64,000 bases of DNA from Hamiltosporidium tvaerminnensis FI-OER-3-3 (GCA_022605425.2 CM061246.1:124001-188000), one strand, 5' to 3'; shown: positions 25,185 through 38,999, counted from the stretch's first letter. The notes: generated by a model from the sequence alone, not told the origin. Program-made: numbers and translations.

Positions 25185-27234
25185 TTCTTTTAATAAAATT
25201 TTTGTTTTTTATTTTTTAAAAAAAAATTGAAAATTTAAGAGTCAAAGAAAAAAGTTTTATATCTTAAATACATAATTTATTTTACGAAGGAAATAGAAAT
25301 TGTATCCCTAGAACAAGTTGAAACAACAATTTGAAATGTTAATCAAATAATAATTAGGAAAACTTCTTAAATCAACCAGAATCAGTAATATTGACTATAC
25401 AAGAAACTAGAAACTCAAGAAATAAATTAAATAGGTGAACAGAAATTAAAAATTTTAAAAAAAGGGAAAAAAGTATTTAATCTTATTTCTTAGATAAAAA
25501 AATAAAAGGAGATCTTGTATCTCAATTTTTAACTTAAAAGACCGTTTTCTAATGCCGATATTTACTTTAATAAGGTTTTTGAATATTTCTATCAAATTCC
25601 TATAAAATTTGCAAGTTTTCTGTAAAAGGAAATATTAAATACATTTTTTGTATTTTTTTATTAACTTATTTTAGAAATAATTTAAATTACTTTTTATATC
25701 TTAAATAACTTTTATTTTTGGAAATAAAAATTAAGGAATTATTTTTGTAAAACAGTAAAACATTTATTTTAAATGTAAATCTGCTAAAAGTTTGTTGAAA
25801 TCTTAAATTAAATATTTGTAAATAATTTAAGAATTATTATTCCATTTTTTTTTATTAATAATTACTGCAAAATATTTATTTAAATTGGAGGCTTACATAG
25901 AATTGTGTTAAATTTTATTTTTGTAGCACTTTTAATTTGAAGTTTTATAATGTTACTTAAAAGAATTTGTTAACTTCTGATAAATTAAAGAATTCAAAAT
26001 TTTTAAAATAATAGATTTAAATGCAGAGAAAATCATTAAATATAAAACATAGGATTTGAATTAAAATACAAAAATAGTTTCGATTAGAATCTATAATGTA
26101 AACAGACCACAAATCTACATTTATACATCGGTTAAATTTAAACTAGAAAACATATCTCAATCGATGTTATAAGTAGTCAAATACTTCGTACTTTTATTTT
26201 TTTACCTTTATACCAGTAGAGTATATTATGATCTACAGAGGAATCTTGATTTCACGATTCTTTAGTGTTTTGGCTGGTATATATGTTTTTCTTTTTATCG
26301 ATTGAATTGCTGATATAACACAAACCTTGTTTTTTAATTTGAATAAAGATTGTGCCAACCCATAAAAGTCCCGGCTTTTCATATTTAGAGGTCTGATATT
26401 TCTTCAGTTAGACTATTAACATCGCAGGTTTAATTTTTTTTACAGATATATATTCAAAATTCAACACGAAAATAAACTACGAGATCAATAGGTTTTTAAA
26501 CTGTAAGTAAAAGGTGGGAATCGATATTAAATAAAGAAACTATCAGAATTTTAATTGTGATATTCACGTTATATCAAATTTTATTAATATATTAAATATG
26601 AAAATGCATTTTTAGAAAAATAATTTATAAAATTTGAACACAAAACACAGGCAGAATATTTTTGCTACAACGTAAAATTTAATCTCATACTTTGGTTTCT
26701 GAAAAGATTGTTTTTAACAAAATATCAACCGTGGTTTTATGAAAGATAAAACGTGTACCATTTATAGAGCAAACGGGAGCTTTTCAATCGAAAATTTGCC
26801 ATTTTAATTACTATTTTACGGTAGAAAATAATGTTGAGAAAAATAACATTTTTTTTAACAAGATTGCCTCTGCAATTTGAAAACGCAGATGCTTATCGAT
26901 TTTTAGTTTGTATAAATTCAAAGTCTATCTATAAATTTAGTGTTGAGATGATTTTTCATATTTTCAATTGTTTTCTTCATTTCAACTCAAATTTATATCA
27001 ATAAGGAAATCAAATATACGCTAGAATAAAAACTATAATAAAATTTCTACGTTGCAAGGAGAAAACTTATATGAAATAGTTGAATATCGAAATAATACTA
27101 AATACAAGATTCCGAAGACATTCAAAACAAATTTAAGATTTGATTAGAATAACAGAGAAACAGATCATCTTCATGCTCAAAAAAAACAGAAAGAAACGAG
27201 ATTATTCAATGTTTATAATCGTAACTTATTTTCA

Positions 27235-27440
27235 GGTGGAGGGAGGATAAACACAATAAAACCTATTTTTTTGGCAATGAGTGTGTATCATTCGTATGAA
27301 AATCATTGCTGTTATTGTGGTGGGATTTAAACCACACCGGATCTATAGGCGGATCCCCTATAATTTGAGTTAAGACATTTTTAAGAAACAAATGGTGATT
27401 TTCTTTTGTTCATCCTTGACACTAAGTAATAAAAGAAGTT
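27235..27440 (+). mobile_element. Family A-related element (A' subfamily: shared head, different body)
   Basis: ggtggagggaggataaacac...ttggcaatgagtgtgt...ggtggga then ggatctata...atccccta, shared with 42250. Confidence 0.7.
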
Positions 27441-27932
27441 TGAAATGAATACGTACGCAAGATTGGTCTTGTTCAAAACTGGAGATAAACACGATTTGTT
27501 GATTATAAATAAAAATATTTTTATTTACCATAATGGAGACGTAAGTTAAGACTAAAATGGTGTCATATATACAGAAATACAAATTACACATATAATTTAT
27601 TTCATTTAACCAAAGCAAACCTTGTTATTTCATTGCCAAATTGTAATAAATATATCGAAATCTTTAGATGATTTTGCAATTTGAATAACTTAGAAGTTTT
27701 CTCGGTTTTATTTATTATTTTAGGTAAATTTCATATTTTAAAATTAATCCAAGTAAGTTTCTTTTTAAAGTATTCTATCAGACAAATTATCGTTTGCAAT
27801 TCATTTTTAACAATATGCTGCGATTTATATTTAAGATTTAAGACTGTGCAATAGAAAATTAGAAAACCCGGAGTTTTATTTTTAAAATACTTAATAAATA
27901 AACTATCTCCCTCAAATAAATTAAATAAACAA

Positions 27933-28790
27933 ATGAAAATCGCATTTTATGGTGAAATAATTTACAATGAAATACCTAAAGACTGTAATTATATAGAAAT
28001 AATATCAAACGAGGAAACTGTATATTATAAAGCAAATATTCCTTATCATATAAAACCCTTGGATTACATTTCTCATCTTAATGGAAATATATGTAGATAT
28101 GAATGGTACGAGAGTATAAAAATCATATTTAATTTTGTATTTGTAGAGAATTTTCTGGTAAAAAAAGGTTTATTGAATTTTAGAGAATTTGAGAATGAAG
28201 AAGTACTAAACAATAAAATTACTATAAAAGGAAATAATATTTATCAAATATATAATCCAATAAGAAAATTATATGAATATTTTGATGGTAAATATATTTA
28301 TTTAGAATGTGAATTTGAAAGACAATTTATTCCTAAATATTCTAATTTAAATCTAATTATTGAAAATACAGAATTTGATATTCTTAAAAAGGTTGTAGAA
28401 AAAAACAAGATTTATTATAAAATAAGAATTTCTTTAAATGAAAGTCATTTGATTTATTTGTTTAGCGAAAATAATTTTTTATTCAGAATTGAATCTAAAT
28501 TAAATTTAAAATATAATTTTATATTTCATTTTTATACAAAGAAGAATAAAATGTTAAATATTTTTGTTGGAAAAATATGTGAGAAATGGAATGATAAGAC
28601 TTTGATTATTAAATTAAATAAAAATGATGATGCATTTGAAGAAGATATTTTAGAAGTAAAGAAAAAATTTTCTGAATATACTTTACCTTTTAAAGAAATA
28701 CACAAAAATCAAATAATTATCGAAATAGAAAATAACGAATTTCATTTGACAGAAGAACTTATCAGATTACAATTTTTTTTAAAAAATTAA
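27933..28790 (+). CDS. Hypothetical protein (285 aa)
   Basis: Long ORF in very AT-rich DNA; CCC motif upstream; no motif recognised. Confidence 0.7.
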   Translation: MKIAFYGEIIYNEIPKDCNYIEIISNEETVYYKANIPYHIKPLDYISHLNGNICRYEWYESIKIIFNFVFVENFLVKKGLLNFREFENEEVLNNKITIKGNNIYQIYNPIRKLYEYFDGKYIYLECEFERQFIPKYSNLNLIIENTEFDILKKVVEKNKIYYKIRISLNESHLIYLFSENNFLFRIESKLNLKYNFIFHFYTKKNKMLNIFVGKICEKWNDKTLIIKLNKNDDAFEEDILEVKKKFSEYTLPFKEIHKNQIIIEIENNEFHLTEELIRLQFFLKN

Positions 28791-30269
28791 TGTAACTTTA
28801 TTTCTATGGAATATAATGGTAAATACGTTGTAAAAAATATGCACAAACATAATATTTGTTAAACAATTTTTTAGATTTATGGAAACAGAGAATTAACAAT
28901 CGATTGAATAAAATAAAATCTTAGTTATTTAAAATTATTTTAATGATATAATTGGCAAATTAGGAAAACAGGGAGTAAATTTGCAAAGCAAATTTTCTTT
29001 TTAACAGAAATTTCAATCAATTAAAATAATTTCAGTTGATTTTTTTACATTTAAATTATACGGCAAAAAGTTTATTTTTTTGTCTTATTTGTTGTAAAGT
29101 AATATTCAATAGTCAAAAAGCTGCCTATTCCTCTGATTTATATAATATTGTAAACTAATGAGTTATTAAAATTAACATTTTCATTAAATTAAAATTTTCT
29201 AAATGTGGCTTATTTGTATTTTATACCTTCTGTTTTATAATTGCTTTTTTTAGATTGAAACGAAAATCATAAATTTCTTTGAATTCGTTTAAGTTTTTAA
29301 ACTTATATTTTTATGAATAAAAACGCGCAATGAAAACAATATCCTTGTATCATGGTTCATAATTTCTTTCATCATTATTGTTTCGTATAAAAATGTCTAT
29401 AAAATAGGATGAAAAAATATTTTTGTTTGAATCATAAAAATAAAATAATTGGAAATTCTTAATCAAATGCAGACATCGAATAAAACAACATGTTAATTGA
29501 GATATATCATTTGAGACAATAGTATTTGTAGAAATCTAATTTTTTTTAGATTGAACAATATTGTATATAAAAAAAGTCGTATAATCTGATTCAAATTATT
29601 TAAAATCTAGAGCTAATTTAAAATGCAATTTGTATTTCTTCGCAACTAATGGTTAAAGAATGTTCAAAATAAATTTATAGGTTCAATTTAACAAATAGCC
29701 GTTTTCTACAATATAGTAATAATTTTTAGCTTTTTTATTCATATAGCCAATCATAAATATGCTAATTATTTCTTTCAGTGTAAAATTCCATCTTAAAAAC
29801 AATCATAATTACGATTTAGATTTTAAACGTGTTAGAATATGAATATCTAATTATGGAATATTCAACTACTAAAAACTATTTACAAAATAGGAAAGAAAAT
29901 CCGAATGTAAATTTTTTTAGCAAATATTTCATAAAAGAAAACCTTATAAAATAAGCCGAAAATAATATCCTAAATAAAGTTCTACGCAATATTTTATGGT
30001 TTTATGGAAAAACATGTTTAAATCTTCATTTAATCTTCTCAAGCTATTTTTTATTTTATTTCGTAAAGTATCACGAAAAAAGAAAGGATTATTAGATCAA
30101 ATAGAATGTTTTTTAAAAATATTTCTCGATATTCTTTGATATCGATAAGAAAAGTCTCAAATCCATAAAATTTTTATTTAAAGACGTGGAACTGCGAAAG
30201 TATATATGTGTAATACTAACAAGAAAATACAATACTAATAGAGAAAGGTATAAATATTTATTTGTTTTA

Positions 30270-31229
30270 TTAATCAATAAACAGCTTTTTTAAAAAAATA
30301 AATATTTTTTTTAATCTGCTTTGTCTCTTTATTTCTTGAAGACTATTTTCTATTTTTCTGACCTTGTTAAGAGAATATTTATGTCGTTTAATATAACTTT
30401 CTGGCAGTCTATAAATATTCAGATCATCATATGTCTGTATTTTTACATGATTGTATTCTTTATATTTTACACAACAATCTTCCAACTTTAATATATCTTT
30501 CACTCTTTTGTTGAAAGGAAATAAAATATCTTCTTTACTTACTTTATTCCCTTTATTATCTTTTCCATTATAATTATAATTTTTATCGTTTTTTTGTTTT
30601 TTGTGCCAAATATAATCAATGAAAGAATGATGATGCCAAAATATAGGATCATTCGTACTATACATCATTGACATATCACCATCATCTCCACCTACAAATG
30701 CATGAACCAAAGCATGTGGTACAATTTCCAATGCTTCTCTGAATTCCTTATAATCTTTTTTTATTTTTAAAAGTTTATTGATTTTTGATTTATTATAAAA
30801 AGGATTAATGATTCCCTCTTTCCTTTTAAGGCAATGTTCACTTGGAAAATATAGTTTTAAACATTCGTTGAAACCCAAATATTTTTCACTAAAAATTATT
30901 GAATCACTTGGATTTTCTGCATCTAATGTCCAGTCCCAATATGGAACACATAAAGAGTCGTCATTCGAGATGAATTGCAAAATAGATTCAAAATACAATA
31001 AAAACATTCGGTGCCAAGGTAAAAACCTATCGTTATTATGCGCATAGTCATCTACAAATACGTGTATTTTGGTTATTTCCTCTATTAATCCTTCTTTATA
31101 TACTTTTAATAAAGCATCTTTATATTTCATCCATTCTTTTTCTGTCATATCACGTATTTCCTTTCTTATAACGTATTTTTTACACAAATCATACATAAAG
31201 ATTTTTAAAATAAACAGTAAAAAAATCAT
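30270..31229 (-). CDS. Tyrosinase / type-3 di-copper protein, probably secreted
   Basis: RKEIRDMT, CuA KIH..YAH..FLPWHR, PYWDW, CuB PHALVH..DPIFWHHH; hydrophobic N-terminus. Confidence 0.93.
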   Translation of the reverse strand: MIFLLFILKIFMYDLCKKYVIRKEIRDMTEKEWMKYKDALLKVYKEGLIEEITKIHVFVDDYAHNNDRFLPWHRMFLLYFESILQFISNDDSLCVPYWDWTLDAENPSDSIIFSEKYLGFNECLKLYFPSEHCLKRKEGIINPFYNKSKINKLLKIKKDYKEFREALEIVPHALVHAFVGGDDGDMSMMYSTNDPIFWHHHSFIDYIWHKKQKNDKNYNYNGKDNKGNKVSKEDILFPFNKRVKDILKLEDCCVKYKEYNHVKIQTYDDLNIYRLPESYIKRHKYSLNKVRKIENSLQEIKRQSRLKKIFIFLKKLFID

Positions 31230-31534
31230 GCATTTTTTTTTATTTCATTGTATTAAAGAACTCATTTGGATTTAATAACAATAAAAATTTTAGCATAAAA
31301 TCTATAAATTGAAAAAAGAAGCTCATATCTATGGTACTTTAATAAAGAAAATTCATTTTAATCTTTCTAATATATAGCCTCGATTATCAATTTTGCTTTT
31401 GACTCGGCAATATAAAAATAGATCTAGATTATCAGGTATATCATATTTAAATAATTGCAGTTCCGTGTCATAATGTTTTTCTAATTATATATTATTTATT
31501 TTCCATTCAATGCTTGGAGGTAAAATTCATATAT

Positions 31535-31770
31535 ATTCATTCATTAATCCTAGGCACTACAGCCCTGTTCGAGCCTGGCTTCCCTCGGTAATAACGCCCA
31601 CAAGTATTTTTCCATTTGGTTCGTTTACTTTTTTGGGTTTAGAAAAAAAGGTGTTTTTAAATAGCTGGTTGTATACCTTAGCCTAACCTTAGGGACCAGT
31701 CCCTTTTAGTCGCCTCGTATAAAAAGCAGAGAATACTCCAGGCCAATGCTGCTCCGCCAGGATGTGGAAG
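31535..31770 (-). mobile_element. Family B copy
   Basis: attcattcatt..ggcactacagccc..cccttttagtcgcctc on + strand. Confidence 0.85.
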
Positions 31771-32559
31771 TGTGCTGAATAAATTTGTTAATTAAAAATT
31801 AAATCATAAACACAGAAGCTGTAATGTAGCAAAAAAATATTGCAAATTTCCATTTATTTCTGATCATACCACATTTCAAGCTCCTTTTAAACAACTAATC
31901 CCTGTTAGGCATGGCAATAACTTAGTTCGAAAAATGATTGTTAACGTAAACTTAGGATTTAATTTGGAATCAAGCGACAACCGACAGTTTTGTCAAAAAA
32001 AGAAATTTTATGGAAAAATTAGTGTTTACATATCTTTGGAAAGAATACTGAAAAAATACAGATATGTAGTTATTTAAATAGCTAAAATAGAATTTTATTA
32101 TAGAGAAGAACCATAAACGCTAAATAAAATGTAACAGAATAATGTTATGTAATTTATAAAAATTCAATATAGGGATTAAATGCCGGTGAGATAATTCTAT
32201 TTGAATTGGAAGCGCTTTGAATAGTTAATGCGTTATGCGCAGTGTTTGTTTGAACGAAAGTAAGTTTTGACGAGAAAACAAAAATATATCTATTTATCAG
32301 TTTAGTTTTATGAATCTTTGAATTGTAGAGTTGCAAATTTATATGTTTTAGAACACTTGGATTATATGAAGAAATAAGGAAATATCTACCAGAAGAATCT
32401 TAAGAGTCGAAATACAAAGATAAAATAGTAGAAAGGATGAATAAAAACATATAGGTTTAATAGAGATTAAGAAGAAACGCTAAAAAAGGTTTAATAAAAT
32501 TTATTGGCGAATTCATACGATAAATAGAAAATTACATACAAGGAATCTAAAAAAAAACT

Positions 32560-33250
32560 GCATGTTAAAGCCGGTGAAATGACAAAATGGCTTAAGAATG
32601 CAAAAAGATCAAATTAATCTTATATATACTGCTTTATTTTAGATAGAAATGTATACAGGTGCAAATAAGAGTATCCAAATTCTAGAACCCCTTTAATTCA
32701 GCATGATTTATGGTAGATTAGTAGAGTGAATGCTCCTAAATGAACATACTAAAAATCAAATAGAAGTACAATTGCTGTAAACTCTCTTTTATGTAGAAAT
32801 CTGAACTCAACTCAGCCAAACAAAGTATAACTAGCTTATTTGCAAAAATTTACATATCGAATAGTGGAAATGAAGGCAGATGTATAAAATAAAAATAATA
32901 ATCAAGATATGTTTGTTTTCCACATAAACGTACATATATAACGCCTGCTGAAGAGTTAATTAATTCTATGACTCGCTCTGAATCGTTGAAACTAAAATTA
33001 AAGAATATTTGACATTTTGGAAAATAAGTTAAGTAATATTCAAAGTCAGTATAAAATTATTCTTTATCCAGTGATTTAAGATTATATTTTTCAAAATGGC
33101 ATATGATGTGTTTTAGAAGGTTTTTTATACTGATATAATTGACTTTAATTTCATGAATAGAGCAAAAACCGACTATCAAAGCATTTCATTGCCCCGAAAA
33201 GGTTTACAAAAAATATATAACGACAAGTCTTGACATGGCAGCTAAAATGT
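32560..33250 (+). mobile_element. Very decayed family C-like fragment
   Basis: aaatggcttaagaatg..tttagatagaaatgta and later remnants colinear with family C. Confidence 0.4.
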
Positions 33251-33504
33251 GATGAAAAATACCAACAGGCAAAGGCAACACACCTTTATATTTCATATAC
33301 AGTCCAAAGAGAAAGACTGAGCTTAACTGACAAATAACAAATTTATTTAACCTAAACTTTGGTAAGATTATCGAAATAAAAATACTGAATAAAACATGAA
33401 AAAGAAATTTACTTCAAAGAACTTTAAATAAATATGCCAGGATAAAAGAAAGAAATGGAAATAAATGGCGATGTAACTAACATTGAATATAGAAGATTTT
33501 ATTT

Positions 33505-34311
33505 TTAAAATGAAGTTGTTGACATCACATAGAAAAATATGCTGGAATGAAAATTGTCAAAATCTTGCCTTTCTACTTCAACTTTGATTTTTTGGAATGT
33601 AATAAAATCTATATCAGAATTTATTTCGGGAAGATATATGGTAATTTTGTTAGGATAAAAGATAATACATGATATATTCAAAATATCTTTTTGCCCAAAT
33701 ATTGAAATGAAGTTATGGTCAAAGGGTATTTCTTGGGTTAAGTCCAATATTCTTTTAAAATTGGTTTTGAATTCAATATATTTATTGATATAGTATATGT
33801 TCTTATTGAATTTTTTAAAGGCGTTTAACAAAAATTTTCTGATTCGTTTTCTATTATGAGTTTCATTTTCGCTATAGCTAAACAATCGAGTAAAATTGTT
33901 TTTATCAAATAAGTACTTTCTAACAAATGATATTTTTGTAAAACTATTTACTAATCTATCCCGATAAATCATTTTGGTAGGTAAGTTTAGATTCTCGCTT
34001 TCCACCATGCTTCCCAAAATTCTCTTAAAATTTATTTGAGACATATATATAGAACTATTTTTTGCTTTCTTATTTACATAAAACCGGTCTTTAAACTTTA
34101 TAATTAGAAATATTTCATTTTTTCTAATTTCTTTAAATATTTCGAATTGCTCTTCAAATTCGCTTATATGTATACCATTTAGTCCCTTTTGAATACATTT
34201 GCGAATTTTATTTTCTTTTTCAAGATATTCATGGTACAATGTAAAAATAACCAATATAATTATGCTACTCATTCCAAAGAAAACATGAAATAAAGCAATT
34301 TTGATTTTCAT
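33505..34311 (-). CDS. Orphan protein with N-terminal transmembrane/signal anchor
   Basis: 268 aa ORF from ATG 34311 after CCCC; hydrophobic residues ~4-26; paralog at 38136-38938. Confidence 0.75.
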   Translation of the reverse strand: MKIKIALFHVFFGMSSIIILVIFTLYHEYLEKENKIRKCIQKGLNGIHISEFEEQFEIFKEIRKNEIFLIIKFKDRFYVNKKAKNSSIYMSQINFKRILGSMVESENLNLPTKMIYRDRLVNSFTKISFVRKYLFDKNNFTRLFSYSENETHNRKRIRKFLLNAFKKFNKNIYYINKYIEFKTNFKRILDLTQEIPFDHNFISIFGQKDILNISCIIFYPNKITIYLPEINSDIDFITFQKIKVEVERQDFDNFHSSIFFYVMSTTSF

Positions 34312-35099
34312 CACGGGGCAACATAATGGTTCAAATAATAATTCTAAATTCTTTCAATCAATATGCCATTTATTTAAAATTTGCAAATAATCCAAAATTG
34401 TATAAATTATTTCAAAAAAAATACAACGTTTAAAGTAATTATTTGAACCATACACTTTCATTATATATTCTAAATAATCAATTGTTTTTATAAATTACCA
34501 AATATGGCATGTGAAAGTCCATTTATCGAAATTAAATTATTGGACCAATTTTTTTAAAAGAAAAAAAAATTAATTTGTGACTTAAATGGATAAAAAAAGA
34601 TCATTTCTTAAATTTTTTTTAAAAAAATCGCTAATTTTATTTACCAGAAACCAATATAATTAAAGGAGAAAATATAAAAATTTAAATGAATAAATACAAT
34701 TTACAACGGCTTTCTTTAAAAAATGAGGTGAATTTCAGTAAAATATTTTAACTCATTTATTTACAAATTCTACTATATATTTTAACAACTCAAATATATG
34801 ATTTTTCTATAAAACTACATATTTATTATCTATAGCCATACAAGCCTTTTTAAGTTCTTATTTTACATAAAATTTGTCTACCGCTATCAGGAAAAAAACC
34901 AGGAAAGGCTGCAACTAAAATATTAACATTTCAATAAAAAAAAATTGCAATCATTGTTCTGTTGTTTGAGGTCATACTTTTCACAATATTATTTTTTAGA
35001 AAATTATGTTTTGGCTATATAAAGCCGCCTTTATGCTATGACATACGGCCCCTTATGCTATGCCAAAGAGGCTTTAAAATTAATTAAAGATTTGCCCTT

Positions 35100-36870
35100 T
35101 TATTTTAAAAAATTTCGGTTTAAAACCATTCTCACCTCTTTATTATTTTCTTCTAACTCTTTCAGCACAAATTTTCTTTTTTTAAATTCGACTCTTCATT
35201 TATATTTAGTTTCGGTTCCTTCGGAATCCCTTAATCTGAAATGAGTAGTGTGTTATTTTTTGTATTAAATTGTTTAGCCCAATCTTCTTTTTTAATGGCA
35301 TGTTTTGATGAGGTATTAATTCCTCATGCATCTAAGATCTCTTAATAACAACATTGACTTGCTTTCCCAGCTCTCTTCGACATTTTATCCCGACTCAGTT
35401 CCTCTTCGGCGATCAAAGAAATTATTTTGACTGTCTTCTTAGGTACTATCGGCTGAATTGATGCTTCAAATTTTTGTATATTTGTAATCTTTTAAGATAT
35501 ATCTTATGGTATTTTGTCACAATATCGTCCCAAGTCTCCACAAAAGTAATTATCTCAATACTACACTTATAAATGAGATCCAACTCATTTTCTAATAGCA
35601 CACACTTCCTAAGTTTCTTTGTTTCAAGTATTTGAAATGAATCTTGGGACTGATTTTCACTTCAATTAGTGTTATCGTTTCTTCTTCTACTCTGAAAAGA
35701 ATATATCGAGTCTATTACGCCAAATTTTGACATCAGTTTTTATCCAGGTGTCCACTCTTATCTCTGCTACTCCTTATCAAAAATTTCTTGAACTGAGTGA
35801 CCCCATATTCGTTTTAAGGCTTGAATTTATATCTATTTAGTAGGAGTAAGTATATGCATCGTACCACTTCATTATGCCGTCGAGTATAGTCATGACCAAG
35901 CATTTTTTCAGATTGAGTTACTAAATGATCTACTGTTTTTCTAGACTGATTTTAGTGTTGGCACACACCGTCTGCTCCCCATTTACATTTCTATCCTAGA
36001 TATAACAGAAAACTGCTTCATTACGCAACCTTATATTTCCTTTCTTTAGTATCTTGAAGAGTCACTAAAACTTACAAGCACATTTTTTTCTTGTATTATA
36101 TAACTTTGAGCAAATTTTCTATTTCATTAAATAGTTTTGCCAGCTGGGCTTCTTCAGGTTCCTTCTTTCTGACTTTCTCTTCCAACCTATACTTCACTTT
36201 TATGAAGCTTATTATTAGTATTTTCACTTTTAGGATTGCTGCTTGTCACGTCGATATTTCTTTACATTTTTTCTGACAATCCAAGAGTTGCAAAAGCATT
36301 CGTTCGCTTCGCAGCTCAACACTATCTATATATCTTGCAAGTTCTGTTCTAGGAAAGTATGTCCGCTCTTTCCACCCTGGTCGAAGATGAATCATATTCT
36401 TTACATACCGCACGATCGCCTCTTCTAACTTAGAGAAGTCAGCCGGCTCAAGACGAAGTACAACTATGTGTTAGTTTGGCAACGATATCACAGGTTGATA
36501 TATTGCAGAGAAAATTTTTATTGCGTTCAATCTAGTGTGACACAGTCTTTAAACTTTTGATATCGTTTGCCTTGTACTTCATCAAATAAGCTACGTGTAG
36601 GATAACCTCTACTATTATTATTCACAAATATTTGCGAACATCAACACTATCTAGAAGAGTAGCAGTATCTGCGCAAATCATATCATTTATGGCCGACCTC
36701 TCTTTGTTAATCTCTAACCCAATCATTTTATAAAACTTCTTTCATCTCACCTGTTATAGCACTTAATGTGGAGCTTTCTGTTGCAGAGAGCTTAAGATCA
36801 TTAATTAAAAGGAGATGATTTATAGTATGAGAGTCTGCATCATTATGTATGTCACTTTTGTGTAGTTTTC
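35100..36870 (-). mobile_element. Family C, longest copy (RT C-terminal part, CCHC and RLE), pseudogenised
   Basis: Decayed NHLLLINDLKL (RT catalytic DD region), DYTRRHNEVVRC, same 3' terminus as other copies. Confidence 0.85.
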
Positions 36871-36899
36871 AAAAATATAATACAAATGACATAAATCTA

Positions 36900-37900
36900 A
36901 GATAAATAAAAGGTGTTGTTATTATAAAAAGGTGTAATACAAATAACAGGGAATACTATGAACATGAGGGGGCCCTATGGACCATGATATAAAATCCTTA
37001 TTGACTTAAAGCAACAGAATCAGCAAAGATTAGGTTAAAGATAAATTAGAACAAACCGAGGTATATATGAAGTGATTTTTCGTGAAGTAACTCAATAGAC
37101 TCCCCAGAAATTGACTTAACCACATTTTAGCAAGGCATCGAGCTTGAAATATTCAAGAACTCTATGACTGAAAATGTTAAAAGCAGTGAAGAATCAAGAA
37201 ATGACTAAGGTCGAAAAAATAAGTCTAGTTTGTGATGTGACCTAACTTAAACTAGTTATATATGCAGGAAATTAAAAAATTATATATATTAGGTGATCAT
37301 AATACCAGTAATTATATATGAATTCGAGACTTGGGTTATAAAAAACCGAAATGAAACTCTTTTAGCCATTTGGGAAAGAATGATACTTCGCAGAATAGAT
37401 TACCGATAAATCATATAAAATGTATAAAGAATATGATCAAATATAGAAATTTTAACTCTATTCTGAATCAATTTTGGTCTCTGAAATAAAAATAGAAAGA
37501 TTAAGATGTCTATTAAGTGCAATACAGACAGTTCTCGGTCGAGGAGTAAGTCAAGTTAACAGAACAAACCTAATGAAAATAAACAAACAAATCTGCCACA
37601 AAAATAATTAATAGATTCTATTCAAATTAGGCAAGATGGCTAGATAAGGTGGAAAATTTTCTAATAAAACTCAATATTTCAATAGAAAAACTTGGTTCAC
37701 AATAGAGAATCTTAAAGGAGAATTGTTAAAAAGCATCGACCTCTAAAAAGACTATGGCGTGGCAGAGTTAGTAAGTTAGTTATTTGAATTAGTCTGAAAA
37801 TGCTTTATGTAATATATTGGAAGACAAAAGCGCAAGATAGAGAAGAATTGCGAAAGATGGTCAAAGTCTTTTGTATGTTTGAAGAGCCGTAGTTAAATTA
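36900..37900 (+). mobile_element. Decayed RTE-clade LINE
   Basis: AKIRLKIN*NK, IIPVIIYEFETWVIK, LAIWERMILRRI, ARWLDKVE, WKTKAQDREE; ends gagccgtag. Confidence 0.75.
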
Positions 37901-38135
37901 TGAACTATTTATCAATATGATTTAAATAAAGATTTATAAAAAATTTTCTGTTCGAAAATATTTTTGATGAAAAAGATACATTTTCTGAGGTTTTTAAATG
38001 CTGTAAAATCGTTGGTTTTTTTGCAAAATGAAATAATTGCAGATTTGAGTTTTATTTAAATTTCCAATTCAAAATGCCATATATTTTATTACAATATTGC
38101 TAATACAATTTAAATTTTTTGAAAAAACAAAATTT

Positions 38136-38938
38136 CTATATAACGTGCAAGTAAAAATATACCATGGAATGAAAATTTGCGAAATCTTGCTTTTGCGTTA
38201 TAAATTTGAGTCTTTTGGATGCAAAAAAACCTGCCCCTGTATTTTCTTCTGGAATATATAATGAAATTTTTTTGTTATGAAATACCATGAATGCTATGTT
38301 AACCACCTTAAATTTATCCTGTTTATATTTTTTATTTCCTAATGAATAATTTTTCTGGTGCATATATAGGGCTTTTTAAATAAGTAGAGAGTATTCCGAA
38401 GTTCTACCGATATAATATACATTACTGTTTAATTTGCGAAATTGTGTAAGTAACCATCTAATAAATCGATATTTCGAATATTTTCCCGTGTTATTAAAAA
38501 TAACCATTGTAGAGATATTATTTTTATTTGATAAATATTTTTTAATAAATGATGTTTTTGAAAATCGATTTACTAGTGTATCGCTAAAGAACAATTTATT
38601 TTTTAATTTAAATCTTTGAAATCCATAGTGTCTATTAAACTAGACGTAAAATCAAAGGAAAAATGTGAACAAATCGTTAGGCTTCTTGTAATTTAGACGT
38701 AACGTTTTTAAGCTTGGCTACCACACAAAATTCATTTTCACTAAGTTGTTTCAATGTTTCAAACATTTCATTATGGGTTTTGCTACTATTCATATCTTTA
38801 AGAGCTACTAGTCTTTCTTCTATTTCTCTCGTGTTTTGATTTCTAATGTTTCATATTTTGAATGCATATAAGTGAGTATTGCTGAAATTTTATTGCTAAT
38901 TATAAGGAAAACACCAAGAAAAATCATTATTTTTTCAT
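38136..38938 (-). pseudogene. Frameshifted paralog of 33505-34311
   Basis: MFETLKQLSENEF vs QFEIFKEIRKNEI; DTLVNRFSKTSFIKKYL vs DRLVNSFTKISFVRKYL; KISLYIPE vs KITIYLPE; QDFANFHS vs QDFDNFHS; several stops and shifts. Confidence 0.82.
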
Positions 38939-38999
38939 AATGGTTGAAGGGAAGAAATTGTAAAAAATATGATGTGATAAGTATATCCTTAGGTGAAAT

